From: Parasitella parasitica NRRL 2501 | Taxonomy: Eukaryota > Fungi > Mucoromycota | DNA length: 64,000 bases | NCBI GenBank assembly: GCA_025201805.1 | Contig: MU619240.1 | Coordinates: 419,750-483,749 of the forward strand | Reading direction: 5' to 3' | Shown here: positions 25,301 to 39,201 of the stretch, in pieces | Numbering within the stretch: position 1 is the stretch's first letter | Layout: the number at the start of each line of letters is the position of its first letter | Notes under the pieces: generated by a model | The model's input: the letters and a program-made list of their open reading frames with translations, nothing else | Told to the model about the DNA's origin: nothing | Database searches by the model: none | Translations under genes and position numbers: made by a program

Positions 25301-26315
25301 AACTATTGAATCGTTTGCAAATACTCAAACCGAAAACTTGAACAATGCTCGCACTGCTATGAACAACGCTAAAAACCAATATTTGACCGCTAAAAAAGAA
25401 ACCAAAGAATACATGGAAACGTCTAAAACTGCTGGAAATGATCTGCCTGATGAGTTGAGAGAAGAATTCAATGAAGTTGTTCTCAAATGGAAGCAAGAAG
25501 AAGGCTTGAAGGTAACACTTACTGAATTGAACAACAAAATTGCCGAGGATGAGGGAAAAGTTTCTGCTATTCGCTACGCTAATGCTGATGCCATGAGTCA
25601 TTACCAAGAACGAAAGCAAGCTGTAAGAGTTGGTTGGTATCTATTTTCTGTTTGATATTAAACAATTCTGTAGATCGAAACATTAGAAGCCAAGGCTAAT
25701 CAAACTGGAGACATTTTAAATAAGTATCGTATTCAAATTCAAAAAATCAAGAGCCAATGGGCACCATTGATTAAGGAATTAGTTTCAAGAATTGACGAGA
25801 AGTTTTCTGCAGCATTCCAACGCATCAACTGTGCTGGAGCAATTCAACTCGAGGAATCAGAGGATTTCGACAAGTGGGGTATCAACATTCTCGTTAAATT
25901 CAGAGATTCAGAGAAACTCCAGCTCTTGACTGGACAAAGACAATCTGGCGGCGAAAGATCCGTATCGACTATTCTTTACTTGATGTCACTTCAGGATTTG
26001 GCTGCTTCTCCTTTCCGTGTTGTAGACGAGATCAATCAGGGTATGGATCCTCGTAATGAGCGTATGATTCATGAACAGATCGTGCAAAGTGCAACTCGTG
26101 CTGGCACCTCACAGTAAGTGTGCACATTAAAAAATAGAGCACATTTGACTGATACTCCCATTAGATACTTCTTGATCACTCCAAAGTTGTTGCCTGATCT
26201 CTACTACAATCAAAGAATGCGTGTACTTTGTATTTATAATATTGAGTGGTTGCCTGAAAAGATCCAGCCATTACAATCCTATTTAGATCATGCTAAAGCT
26301 ACTGGAATTGTGTAA
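22353..26315 (+). CDS. SMC5: Structural maintenance of chromosomes protein 5
   Basis: NFVTY, Walker A GPNGTGKST, QFLPQDRVAEFA, coiled coils and hinge, signature QSGGERSVST, Walker B FRVVDEINQGMD, YFLITPKLL; multiple introns. Confidence 0.96.
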
Positions 26316-27540
26316 CTCGAATTGTATACCCCATCTCTAAATTTGAGCAATATAATAAATATTCAAGAGACTCAAAATTACTGAATTAAAGTAATGACAA
26401 ATAATGTATCCAGCTCTGTTAAATTACTGCTTGCTAGAATATTTATGTTCGTATGTGAATATAAATGCATACACACAAGACCATTGCGATGCTCAGCAAG
26501 AGTACGAAATTTGAAGAATTTCACCAGTATTTGGGTCATCTAATCTTTTTAAAATCAAAGAACAAGAAAATAACGTTTACAATCTGAACTGAATATACAA
26601 AGTCTCATTGGTGTAGATATCGTGGTTGCAATACCTTGAAAAAGTTAAAATGTATTGTTGCTTACTTTAGCAAGCATCTTGGATTATCATATGAATAAAA
26701 AACAAAAAACTTTTTGTATCTGCATCTCAACTTCTCTAATTTCTGCCGATGTATCCATTAAATTCGGACATGTGTAAAACTACGTTCATCACAAAATATA
26801 TTTTACATGCAATACAACTATTGTTTGACGATTTTTAGAAATTAATTTCACTTGTACTGGCCGACAGCCCTGACTTAGCAGTTGGCTTTGCAGGCAATCC
26901 TGACTGCATCATATCAATGTCCCGGCACCAGACAGATGGCAGCATGAACATACTAGCTTAAGGTGAGGAAAAGAGAAAGTCAACGTAGGGAAACTATTAT
27001 TTAGTCAATTGGAATCTTAAACGGCTTGAAAAACACGATTGATGAAAAAAAATTATCAATTTGATGTATGAACCATGGCAAGTTAATGTCCATGATATTT
27101 CTGGGTACTTGCCACTGCCCCTTATCCTGGTTCACAGTTGCCAAGTTTTTCCTTTCAGATAAGCACTAAAATTCAATAGTTTATTCACTTTATGTGAGCG
27201 CTACAAAATTAAACAACTTGTGAGCCATACAAATGTATAGTTATGAAATGGCCAGTAGCGTTTGTCTGTATAATACGCCAATAATCAATCTAACATCATG
27301 TACACTAATTCATTCGAATAAAAAATTACGTTACTACTCCTGATTCCTTTTGTCGAATCTATGTTGGCTCGTACATAAATGAAAAATTGTTATTAGTGTA
27401 CAGCGTTTTTAATCAAGAATAATAAAGAAAAGGGAGTGTATGTGAGTAAACGAGTTAGGGATAGAGTGGAAGAAAAAAATTATAGTTTAAAAATTGGAGT
27501 TAAGATGTACATGTATATAATTTTTTTTTTTTTTGTCTAT

Positions 27541-29195
27541 TCAACACAATCGATGGTTTTTGAGAAAGAGTGAAGAATTGTTTCGAACTTTGAATCGCCA
27601 TCGTTTCAAGGCAGATGAGGGAGTAGCGGAAGATGCTGCTGTAGTATCCAATATGGTGGGGGGCTCCTCCTCATTGATTTGCAACTGAGTTGTTGTTGTC
27701 AACACCATGGTAGGTGGATTTGCAGGAGCGGTGATTGATGGTGATCTTTTTCTATTATTAAAACACGATCTACGTGTTGCTGATGTTGACGGTGTTGCTA
27801 CTACTGCCGGTGCCGCTATGGAGGCTGACGATGATCTCTTGGCTACCGTGTTATGAAGAATAGGCAACCCTGGTTTTGATTTTGCAAATGACGTTGTTGC
27901 TACCGTTTCTGAGCCTTTCTTTGTTGAGAATGACGGTGTTTGAGATACAGAGAACATGGCATAAACTCTGTCAGATTCGTCTGACCAGTGAGCCGAACAT
28001 AACCGGTATTCTAAAGGGACCCATACATCGTTGCGCTCCACCCAGCGACCTCTTGTTACAAACGACTCAAAATAGGGCCCATGGCAATGACTGCAGGAGT
28101 TGAATGTAGATAGATATTGATATAATGGATCGGTGATGATTGACTTTAACGATTCAAAAGCCATTGGTTTGCTATTGCTCTGCTTCTTCTTCTTTTTCAT
28201 AATTGCTGACATAATATGCTGTTCATTTTTGACTATATATCTTGCACATGTCTCTAGCAAACTTGGAGGATTGTGAGTCAACTCATAGGGATGGTCAAGT
28301 GAATTGGTGAATGAGCAGCCGTCCAACCGAAGTCGGCGTAGAAACGGCAGTTGTGTAATTTCGGCGGGCAAGACAGTGACGGGATTATAAGAGAGGTCAA
28401 GCAATGTTAGGCTGATGAGATTCTCGACCGAAACAGTTACCTGCTCCAACTGATTGTGTCCAAGCTGTAAGGTTTGCAATCCATGCAAATGGCTGATGAA
28501 TGGAGTGATATTTTTCAGCTGATTGTGAGATAGGTTTAAATCAACCAAGTGAACAAGATGGCAAATGGTGTCAGGTATAAAGGTGATCTGGTTATGTGAC
28601 ACAGATAGATTTTCAAGTTGCTGTAGATGACCAATGGCTTCAGGTAGCTCTTTCAGCTGATTATGTGATCTAAGTGCATTAATGTTACTCCTTAAAATTT
28701 GCCACTCAATTTATTAAATGTGCCTTACAAGTCCAGCCTTCGAATCATTGACAATAAACCAATGTTGGGAGTAATGAACCCAAAGCCTCTTTTTGAAAGG
28801 TCGACTTCTTGCAAATTTTGCGACGTAGACGAGATGTCTTTAAGCGTCAGAGTGTCTCCAACTAGCAGGTCCTCCATCTCGGCTTCATCTGTTGGCTTTG
28901 GCTGCTTCTCTGGGTAATATGTCTGGTCCACGTACATCAGGTCTTTCCAGAGTTGGCTATCTTTGCCGCTCAACAGAAACCCTGAATCTGTTCTTCCTTG
29001 TTTTCTTACTGAACCAACTGAGGTGCTTGATTCAGAGGACGCAAGGCCATACAAGAATGGTTTAAACAATACCTTGTCTTCTTGCTTGGTGTCATCTGCT
29101 TCTTTCAAGTAAATAGATGAAGCAGAGGTAGTTGTATATCCAAATACGGTAGAACCAAAGTTTTTGTTGTTGCGGTGGCTGACAGTTTGGCCCAT
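27541..29195 (-). CDS. Leucine-rich repeat protein with BC-box and Cys/His motif (LRRC58/LRRC28-like)
   Basis: MGQTVS start, LxxLxLxxNxL repeats, PPSLLETCARYI, CSHCHGPYF...LCSAH; one intron at about 28671-28726. Confidence 0.8.
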
Positions 29196-29355
29196 GGTGT
29201 ACTCCAGAGAAAGAAATAGAGAAAGAAAGAGAAAAATATAATAGTATATATATTTTATATACACATACAGAATACGAGTAAAAAGAGAAAAGAAAAAAAA
29301 AGGAGGCCAATTTGTCCATCATTTACACAATATAAATTTATTACACCAAGGGGCT

Positions 29356-30178
29356 TTATACAGCTGGGTGAACAACCACATTAATCTCGGCAGTTTGTTG
29401 ACCAATTTGAACAAACACTTGGTGTTTGCCTAAAGATTTGATACGACCACCCTCGGACTTGACGACAATGGTTGATTTATCTACATCCAAGCCATATTCT
29501 TCCTTTAGTTTACTCGTCAAATCGTCAGCCGTTACTGATCCGAATGTGTGATCACTGTTCGGCACAACTGCTCTGTTAAATTCAAGTTGAGGGACCCCTT
29601 CTAAATGGCCCAATAATTCCTTCTTTTTCAGCTCGACTTGTGCAAGATGCTGGATCCAATATATATTAGTCAAGCATTCAAACTGACAAGTCTCCCTCCT
29701 ACCTCTAAATTGGCTGCACTCTGTGTTTGTTCATCGGCAACAGCAGCAGCATCCTCATCATCGGCCTGATCTTGCTGTTCTTTAGCGATATAAGTTGCTT
29801 TGCCAGAGGGATATAGTATATTTCGCATTAGTCCCGCTATTGCACCATCATGTACATATCGTATTAATTTCATTTAGATCAAGACCGTATTTAACTTGAA
29901 AAACTTACGTCTAACGCTAACAATTTCATCTATTAAGGCAAAATATAAGTAAATTTCAACTTGATGTTTATTCAATTGCGCACTTTATTTTACCTTGGAG
30001 TCCAACACCTTCGACAAATTGATTCAATTTTACCCGGATACTAGTCTTTTTATGAGCTTGTCTCTATTCGTTCGTGAGACATACATCCTTCCACAAATCT
30101 TATATTGCTGAAACATACCTTGGTAATTTGAATGCTGCACAAGAGCGCTCTGGAAGAAGAACGTAAAACAAATGACAT
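29356..30178 (-). CDS. Mitochondrial ribosomal protein bL9m
   Basis: Spliced MSFVLRSSSR...IRVKLNQFVEGVGLQ|DEIVSVR|PGLMRNILYP (L9 N-domain) and FGSVTADDL...IKSLGKHQV (L9 C-domain). Confidence 0.85.
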
Positions 30179-30340
30179 TTCTATATAATTGTTTTGTTAA
30201 GCAAAAGATGGAAAGTACAAATGTCAAGAGGATGATTGACTTAGAGGAGTTTCAACAGAGCAAAGCAACTGGGGTGGTCCTGTTCTTTGCTGCAGCAAGT
30301 AGTGGCTTGTAAAAGCTCCTTCATCTTTCCCTTTGCACTA

Positions 30341-31002
30341 ATGATATTTCAAAAATTAAAAAGTAATCCATACACTGCTTCTGTGATTACAGCCCTAACG
30401 TGGGTTCCTGTTGCTATTTTCTTTGTGGACCACGGATATAGCTATGCAACCGTCAGTGGGAGATCGATGCAGGTAAATTTCATCGGGATTATTCAACAAA
30501 ACACATTGACAATATAAATGTATAAAAAAGCCAACATTTAATCCTGATTCCAACATGATGAGAAAAGACATCGTGCTCTTGGATAAATGGTCAACAACAA
30601 GCCATAATTTTGAGAGAGGACAGGTTGTTACACTCAAGTAAAAACGTATACCGACATGAGACTCTCTATCCATGTCTAATCTTGCCAACGAATAGATCTC
30701 CAATTGAACCGAAATGTATAATTACAAAAAGAATACTGGCGCTACCTGGTGATACGATCGTTCCTCTGAGAAAAAAAGATGATATCGTGTCAGTGCCTGA
30801 AGGGCATGTATGGATAGAAGGCGACGAAGCATTCCACTCGAGAGACAGTAACTCATTCGGCACAGTGCCAATTGGTCTTATCAATGCTAAAGTTACTTAT
30901 ATTTTATGGCCTCCATCGAGATTTGGCCCTGTAGCAAAGAAACCTGTAGACAAGGATCGAGTCAAAACTAATATGTTTAGCCCAAATATGACGCAAAATT
31001 GA
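30341..31002 (+). CDS. IMP2: Mitochondrial inner membrane peptidase subunit 2 (S26)
   Basis: VSGRSMQ|PTFNP (catalytic Ser), ITKRILALPGD (Lys), VPEGHVWIEGD, SRDSNSFGTVPIGL; 2 introns. Confidence 0.9.
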
Positions 31003-31174
31003 AGGCACACAAAACTGCATAAATATCGTGTATTATTGGTGTTGATATAACCACATTCAAATATAAGCTTTCTGTTGATTTACATCAATTATAAAACCAG
31101 GGCAATTTATTCTTTTTTTCGTTTTTCACTATAACATTTACTTCTTGTACTCTCTTTTTTTTTCCCTGATAAAA

Positions 31175-33005
31175 ATGTTACTACCAGGAGAAACAATCGA
31201 ACATGTTGCTGCTTTTCTAGAGAAAAATGACAATCCAACTGTTTATAAGTGTGTAAATCATGGTATCCTGCATTCCTACCACATTTATATCTCATCAGAT
31301 GCAATTATAGTGTGCATAGAAGTCGGAGTATTTGGTGCGACATATCCCTTTCCAGCGTTGAATCTGGGTTTGTAAATGAAGGAACATTGACCGGTAAAAA
31401 TTGCTGAATACTCTAGATCAAGCTTGCCATTTGATAGAATTATCGAGCTTTGATCAAAATCAGTGGGATTGTGGGCTGATATCTCCACCAAAATCATTAC
31501 AATTGGGTCTGTATCAACTTCCAACACTCAATTTTAATATATTTACACAGATCATGGATCAATTTAGCAGCACCTTTGATTGCTCGACACACTTGCATAT
31601 TTACAGCAATGTAGACATGATACAGAATCGGGTTTCTGCAATTGATTTACTTGTTTTTGCGCCAAATCTTACTCAATTGATTTCCGAGCGAGATGACTTG
31701 TATAACAAATATAAGACACCTGTCCTATCATTGGAACTTTTAGACAGAATACACCAACACTTGCCTCAGGTTATTGATTTGAAGTCTACCAATCATTTTA
31801 ATTTTGGATTATCTAATTATTATATGAACCAGGTTCAACCTAACGTCCAAGTTGCCACCCCAAACCTAGTTACGACATCTCAAATTCGAAGTAAGAATAC
31901 AAAATATCAATGGAAGCAGTATATTTCGCAATTGTACTCCTCTTTAAAATCCTTGACTCTGGATATCGTCCATTCTCCTTTCAATGGCGTGTTTTCGCCT
32001 TTTCCTATGCGATTAATTAATATTAAGGTCCAGGATTTCCTTCAAGCTATAGCTGAGCAATGTCAAAATTTATGCATTGTATGTATCTGTGGTCAAAGTA
32101 AATCTTTATAGCTTTTCTTAAGATCTATAGCAGCTTTTGAGAGCAGACATTTTTAACAGAGGTAGATGCTCAGCTTTATGGACTTGATTTCTAAGGAGAA
32201 GTAGCAATTCAATCACTCACACTCAATAAAATCAGGAACGTCAATTTGACTAGAATCCGGCTACCTATTCGACGAAGACAGAACCACTATATGAATTCGT
32301 TAGGGACATGGCGAAATACTATCCAACCTCTTACGGCTTTTAAAGGATTGGCTCACTTGAAACTGGATGCTGTGAGCATATCTTTTGTGATTACATCAAA
32401 CCAGGGCGATGGCTTTGTATTAGACACTATTGTCAGTTTCCTTCCATTGCTGACCCGTCTTAAATTAACTGGATCAACATTACAATTGCCCAAAATAACG
32501 ATCAATTCAGCAAAAGAAAGCGCCTAAAGAATTGAAAAAGCCGATTTTGAATACAAATAGTTTTCTCCACTTCAATCATGGACTATCAATCGACCTGCTT
32601 CAATAAACTGAAGCGTTTTATCATGTACGATTGTCAACAAAAAATAGCTCATGATAATCAAAAGATGAAAATCACTGTTGATCTGCATTCACAAGATCTC
32701 GATTTACTTGTATTGTATCGTATTCACCATTCCTATCAATTAGATGAGAGCCGCTTGATACTGGGAGCATCTTTCTTTGGAATCTGAATGTGTTTGTAAG
32801 GCAAGGCCGATACACGATCCATGGGAAATCAAGCAGATCACTCAATTTAATGGAACCAAGTTGGAGAAATGGCACAATAACAGAGCAAAACACCAACTGG
32901 AGACAAATGGCTGCAAAATTTAGTCTTTGGGTATATCCATGTTCAATGCTACGAAGCAAATCTTTTTGGATGAAAGCCTTGTTTCCATGGCTTATTAGTT
33001 TTTGA
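31175..33005 (+). pseudogene. Frameshifted F-box/LRR-type gene
   Basis: MLLPGETIEHVAAFL followed in another frame by VCKSWYPAF (F-box); downstream LRR-like fragments (LKSLTL, LPLLTRLKL) broken by stops and frameshifts. Confidence 0.55.
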
Positions 33006-33178
33006 TCATAATAAATTTTCTAAAATACAGCAGAATCAGACAAGCGTTTAAAAAATTTATTTAAATGATAAAGTAAATGTAACTGTATATACTGCATCAA
33101 TACATATCATGAATATGGAATAATACACATGGCCGACCACAGGTACTTTGATGTGCTTAGATACAATTTGAATTTTAA

Positions 33179-36100
33179 TTAGATTTTGCCCGTGTTGAAA
33201 TAGTCGAGATACACTTGTCCTTGCCCTGATTTATAAAAATCGAGAGGTATTTGTGGCTGGTAAAAGTCATGCTCCTGCTGCTTGAGTTTGTGTCTAGCAG
33301 CAGCACTGAATGGGTTGAGTAAATCTATGTTTCATGTTAAGCTTTGAGTTTTCCATCACAAATCACTATCTTACCTCCAAATTTAATTGATGAATCCACC
33401 TTCAAAGACCTTTTAAGGGCTACACATTCTTCAATTTCATCACTCGTCATTGATTTCTTGTTTTTTTGCATCAAGTCTTTCGCTAACAAGAACCCTTCCT
33501 TTCGCATTTGATGCAATTGACAATACTTTAACATGAACATTTTTAACTGGATATTACTAGTGTTCCAGCAATAATTGCCCATTGCGTCGATCTCTGCCTG
33601 TGAAATAGAGTCCAAATCAACGTTATTTGAGCCAAAGCAATGATCAATCATCTCTGCATATGCCAACACATTCTCATCTACAGGCTCTGCATCTGCTTTA
33701 TGCTCCATGGCTTCAGTGGCTTGAGAGTGATATGATGGAAGAGTAGCGTAGTTGTCAATATCCATAGAATCAGCGGCGGTATCCTGTGCGTCGCTTAGAA
33801 GTCTAAGAAGGTCTTCTGAACTTACAGGGATATAATCGACAGTGGTATTTGAGGATTGTTGTTCAATTTGTTGAGTGGGTATTTGTTGGGGAATTTTCTT
33901 GTCAGCAACATCTAAAAGTTTTCCACCATAAACAAAACTGATGTTATCTTGTTTACTCAAGAAATCTTTATCCTCAATAGGATCCTTTTCAAGAACATCA
34001 CTATTCTGAACTTGGTCGCTTTCTTTTAAATAAGTCTCTTTTCGCAAGTCATCATTTCTTTCCTCGTCATTCTGTCTATAAGAATTGTTTGGGTTCAAGG
34101 AAACTTCTTGTTCCTCGTTCTGAGAATATTCCAATCCGTCTTTGCTACTAGAAACGACGACCGTGGTATGGCTTTGCTTTACAAATGTATCGTAGGCTGC
34201 CTGATCGAACATTTCATTCTGACCATCAGTGTCAGTGTAGTCTGGACCAGAATGTTCATCCATCATATAAGAAGCCTCGTCAAGTTCCGCACGATTTCCA
34301 AGATTCCTATCGTTATCATCTTGCTTTTGAACTTGATGGGGTTCAAATGGTGTTATATCTGTATCCTCTAAATTCATCTGATCAACACTACTTGCAGGAG
34401 CCTCATAAGTATATCGAACATCTTCCAAAACTTCGTTGGTAAGAAGGATTTGTTGGAAGAATTCAGCTGATCCATCTCTCTGCTCTTCCTGTGGACGTTC
34501 AACAATAATGTCGCTCAATGACTCGACATCTTGGAGAGTATAGCTATCTCCAATCGAAAGAACGCCATTGTTTTCAATACAGTTGCTTGCTAGGTCTATA
34601 TCAATATTCTGAGTCAGCGCCGGGCTGGGGAGGGGAGACTCTGCAAAATCATGAATATCCGTTATAGCGTCTTTATGATCAATTACTACATATTCTTCAT
34701 CTAATGCATCAACTCTTCCGTTAGAATTATCCTGCTTATCTGAATCAACATTTTCTACATTTGCACCTTCTGGCTTGTAGTGTGGCTCCTTCATCACTAT
34801 GTTGGCATTATTTTGTCGATTTCTATCAAGTGTACGAGAAGGATCTGAAACACCATAATCTTCAATGAGAGTTTTTTGTCTCTTCACTTGAGCTTCAATC
34901 TCGTCCATGTGTTCGCATTCTCGTTTGAGGGCATCGCCGTTAGTTCCAACGTCCGTTGTAGATGTGTCATCTTTAGTTTCTTCCATCATCGACGTATTTT
35001 TGGTTTCCATGTCACTTCTTTCTGCCACTGGAATATCGTTGGTTTTTGCATTAATTTCTGTTAAAGCATTCAAGCATAACCTGTCATGTACGCTTCTGAA
35101 GGCCTCCAGTTTTAAATTTTGGTCTTCAATGTCTCGATTTTGCTCAATTCTGTCTATATTCTCAATTAATTCAGTCATTTTTGCATCTTCTGAGCCCGTG
35201 GCGTCTTGATCATCTATTATCGAATGGTTTGTACTATTAATAGTAGCTGCATGCTTGGCATCCTCATCCTCGTTCTCTTCGAGTATGATATCGGCAATTT
35301 TTTGAGGTACATGTGTCAGATAGCCATTGGTGTCCAGCTTTAGGTTTTTCAGGGTATCAGAATTTGCCATTGCATCAACGCAACTTTTCTGATCCATCGC
35401 AAACGTAATTAGCTGGTTTACTCTCGTAGGCGACACTTCCCAAATAGCCAAATTGTAGCTTGTTTCCCCGTTTTCAAAAATAATAGAGAGTTGCAAAGTG
35501 CTATCAGCAAGTGTGGTGGTGGATGGGATCAGTTTCGTCTCCAAAATTTTGGCTGATGATTGGATGTCTTGGGGAGGATTTATGATGGCTCTTTGTCTTC
35601 CAGTGAGATCTCCACGAGTTTCAACTAACTTTATGTAAGATTGACGGTATTGGTATTTGATTTCATCAGGCTTCTGTTGAGCAAGAGCAACATTCATTAG
35701 CAAACTATTGTAGGAGCGTGCACAAGATAATTGTGTTATTGGATCTATGCAAAACTTTTATTAAATAAATGGAAATATTGATGTTCCTTGGCACTTACAT
35801 CCAGGAAATTCAGTAAACTCGGACAAATCGACAGGAACTCGTATTCTTGATGCTTTGTACGAATAAACACTTGCTCTAATCCTGTAAACCAAGATAGCGC
35901 CTTGGCTAAAACCTAGTAATATTTGAGGATCACTATGGCCCATTCGTTTATCTCCTTTATCAGCTGCTAATATACAAATTGCTGTGACATGACCAATATT
36001 CTGCTTATCTTTGGCGTTGGTTTTGAACGATTCTGTCAGCTTTTTTTTTTTGTCAAGAGATTAATAAAAGTAAAAATTATGAACTTTATAAACATACCTC

Positions 36101-36709
36101 TGCATTCATAAGATCGTTAGATGAATCTAATGTAAGTAAAATCAATGTAGCATCATCTTTCGTAGTGCCAATCACCATGGCATATGACAATTTAGTATCG
36201 ATCGTGTTTATTCTATCGACATAAGCCTAGACACAATATTAATAACAGAATTGCACGAGTGAATTCTATACTTTACAACTCTGAATGGAAAGCAGGTTAT
36301 ATCTGCATGCGTAATAACACCCTTGAGAGATTTAGTGGATCTTACAGGCTTGAGAGTTTTACTTCTGACATTGTGAGAAAACATGTAGTTGCTATGACCC
36401 TCATCGCTACAGATAACCAACAAATAAGGATCTTGGTCTGCTCTGAAACATAATACGGATTCGATTTTAAGCAACTACGGAAAATTGAAGTCAATACTAT
36501 TGGCTTTAATTAAAGTAATGATTAATTACTTCAGGTAAATCAAACGAATTCAGGGCTTCCAAGGTAATTGTATCATTTATTTCGTGTGTTCGATTTGGAT
36601 CCGTGTAAACGTAGTCTATAATATGACTATCGAAATTAAAAATTAGATCAAGATCCAATTCATAGCTGTATTTTTGGTGATTTATCGATATTTGTTGATA
36701 ATCACTCAT
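33179..36709 (-). CDS. Large hypothetical protein: N-terminal beta-propeller-like region plus long acidic disordered region
   Basis: Multi-exon; 788-aa acidic ORF at 33337-35703; WD-like GHVTAICIL...ILLGFSQGAILVY; last exon ends YFNTGKI* at 33179. Confidence 0.65.
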
Positions 36710-38899
36710 GTGTTAAATATTATATGGAAAAAAAAAAAAAAAAAAAAAAACATTTTGCTTGAAAGCCATCGAGACACTATCTTGTGACGATTTTCATGCA
36801 CACAACATATATTTGTATTTTTCAGCAATTAAGAAATAAAATAAGATCAATTAAGAGAAAATAAGAGAAAAATTAAGAGAAAAAAAAAGGGACAATTTTA
36901 GCCTCACAACATCCTTGACGACATCTTTAACGCGCTACTGTTTATCTGATGCTTGATCAGTTTTGCAGTAAACACCTGCCCCATAGCGGAAAAATTCCGA
37001 GGGCCTTTTGTACGTATGTTCAACACCTTTGGAGTGGAAGTAAACTGATGAACCAATATGGACATTTTGGGGCATTTCTTGCTACCAGGTAAGGCACAAA
37101 TATCAAAGTGTGACAATGGTTGCTTATTTAATCTTTTTTTTTATTTCTGATTGAGGAACTAATTGGGAACGAGGGTCATTGTAAAAGAAAGTTTGCATCT
37201 CTGTCTCTCGGAATTGTCCCTCCTTTCCTGTTTCTCAATGATTTATTTTGTAAGCGAAAGCAATGTCAAAGACTATGATCATGACCAATAGACAACAAAT
37301 CGCAGTCAAGTATAGCAGAATTGCTTTAGGTGTGATACTTGAAGCAATCATATCAACACGTTGAACGCAAACTACAAATACTTGGAACTGGCCAAATTAC
37401 TGCTGTGAACCTCTTATGTGTCGCCGTTGTGATATATTTTTAACTAGACTTGTGGACTTCCGGACTTTCTTTGAATTTCATAAACGAATTTCGTATTAAA
37501 TTGGCGTTTTATTCAAGCATTCATCAAACTTTTCAATAGAATATTTGCAAAATCCTAGAAGATCTCCAATAAGAATCTGATTGCAAGCCATTTGAAACCT
37601 GGTTGTCAGGGTCTCTTCTTCCAAAAGCAGTTCTCTCTTGAGTTTGCTTTCACCGTGGTAAAAAAAAACTATAAAAGTCTATGAAAGTTGCATTTTTCAT
37701 ATATTTTCACATAAACATATTTTCCCATCAAAAATCGATTAAATCACAAATATATGAATTTATATGAATTATATGTGATTCTATGGAGACTTCTTATCGG
37801 ATTACATTTAACGATTTTATTACGTATTATATTACCTTCTGCTATCTGATCCGCAATGGCACTTACCTGATCACCCATTCCATGTTGATCTTCCAGACTA
37901 TAAAAGGAATGTTAGGTAAACTGTTGCGCTGTTGATTTGTCTACTTACATTATTCCTGTGCGTGAGGTGTTGCTTCTTAAGGATGTGATTGCCTGTCAAT
38001 GAATACATGCCTCCAGTTAATATTACTACAATCTAAACTGCTATACAACGTTACACCTACCAAATCCATAACCAGCAGTGCTTCTTGCAGCAAGTATTCA
38101 CCATGACATTGATGATGCAGCAATCTACAACCAAGCAACGACAACATGTGAGTGAGATGTCCATCTCGTCAACGTACACTTACTTGAGCTATCACCAGCA
38201 GAATTTCATGTATGTCGCATCCGCCATGAGGACTGGCTAGTGACTAATTTGAGGTAAAAGCACACTGTGAGTAGAATACTTGCCCATCTAATACTTGTGC
38301 CTCAACAGGACTGAAAAGTAGCAGAACAAATGAACATAGATTTCACATATTCAAACATTAGCTGCTTGACGATGTACCCAGATTACACATTTTACGTAGA
38401 TGAATTTCATGATTTGGCTACAATAATCTATTGTCCTTTGACGATGTATTATATATTGCAACAGTTGGCACTTCTTGCTCTAAGCATGTTTTGTTAAGGA
38501 GTGGGCAAATGAGAAGATATGGTGCTTGTTATATCAGGTATAGCGTTATTAACGGACTGAACGAGATTACTAAAAGGTCAACATTGTTCATACAAATGGA
38601 TATTATTCTACAAGCCTACTTTTTGTGAATAACCCATAATATTTAAGCGTACCTTTTTCCAACGCTTCTTCCGATGACTGACATGATAGATATTTGATGT
38701 TCCCGGAGTGAAAACTTTAGGCCTGAATTTTTCATTTCTTTTGTCGTTTTCATAATCCATAAGCACATTGCGAAAGTACAATGCCCGTAAAACTAATATC
38801 AGGCGCACAATATCAGATCCTTATCCCAAGATTTTAAGCTAGTAAATCTTCTGCAAGCATGAGATTGTGGTTTACTATAACTTGATATTATTCTTTAAT

Positions 38900-39120
38900 A
38901 TACAGAGAAAAAGACATGACAAGATGCACTTGCATATTATAAGACAATTCTGATAGAACTTTGTGTGGGGCCAGCCCCAACAAGACTATTTTCGAATCTT
39001 TCTAAAGAAGGCCTTTGGATGGTCAGAAACAAAGGCTGATCAAGTACTTTTCCCGTATTATGTGAGATGAACAGCAGAAAGGTCATATAACAATGAGTAC
39101 ATTATCATGTCATATTTTAT
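38900..39120 (+). pseudogene. XPG/Rad2 endonuclease C-terminal gene fragment
   Basis: 38960 onward reads FVWGQPQQDYFRIFLKKAFGWSETKADQVLFP, then after a 1-nt frameshift VLCEMNSRK, matching the conserved XPG/Rad2 segment FxWGxP...FGWxxxKxDxxLxPV. Confidence 0.7.
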
Positions 39121-39201
39121 GGGGACTAAAGTTAGAGCTATTGGCTGATAGGTCAAGACAGATATTTCATCGTTACACAAAACGATAGTGGCAAGGCGAA
39201 T

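Noticed and set aside
26850-27150. GC-richer patch downstream of SMC5 as a gene relic or ncRNA
   Set aside because: No interpretable reading frame or structure could be supported.
37440-37790. Similarity to IR-arm motifs (cttgtggac, tccgga, atatgaatt)
   Set aside because: Only short non-collinear words; not an alignable third copy.
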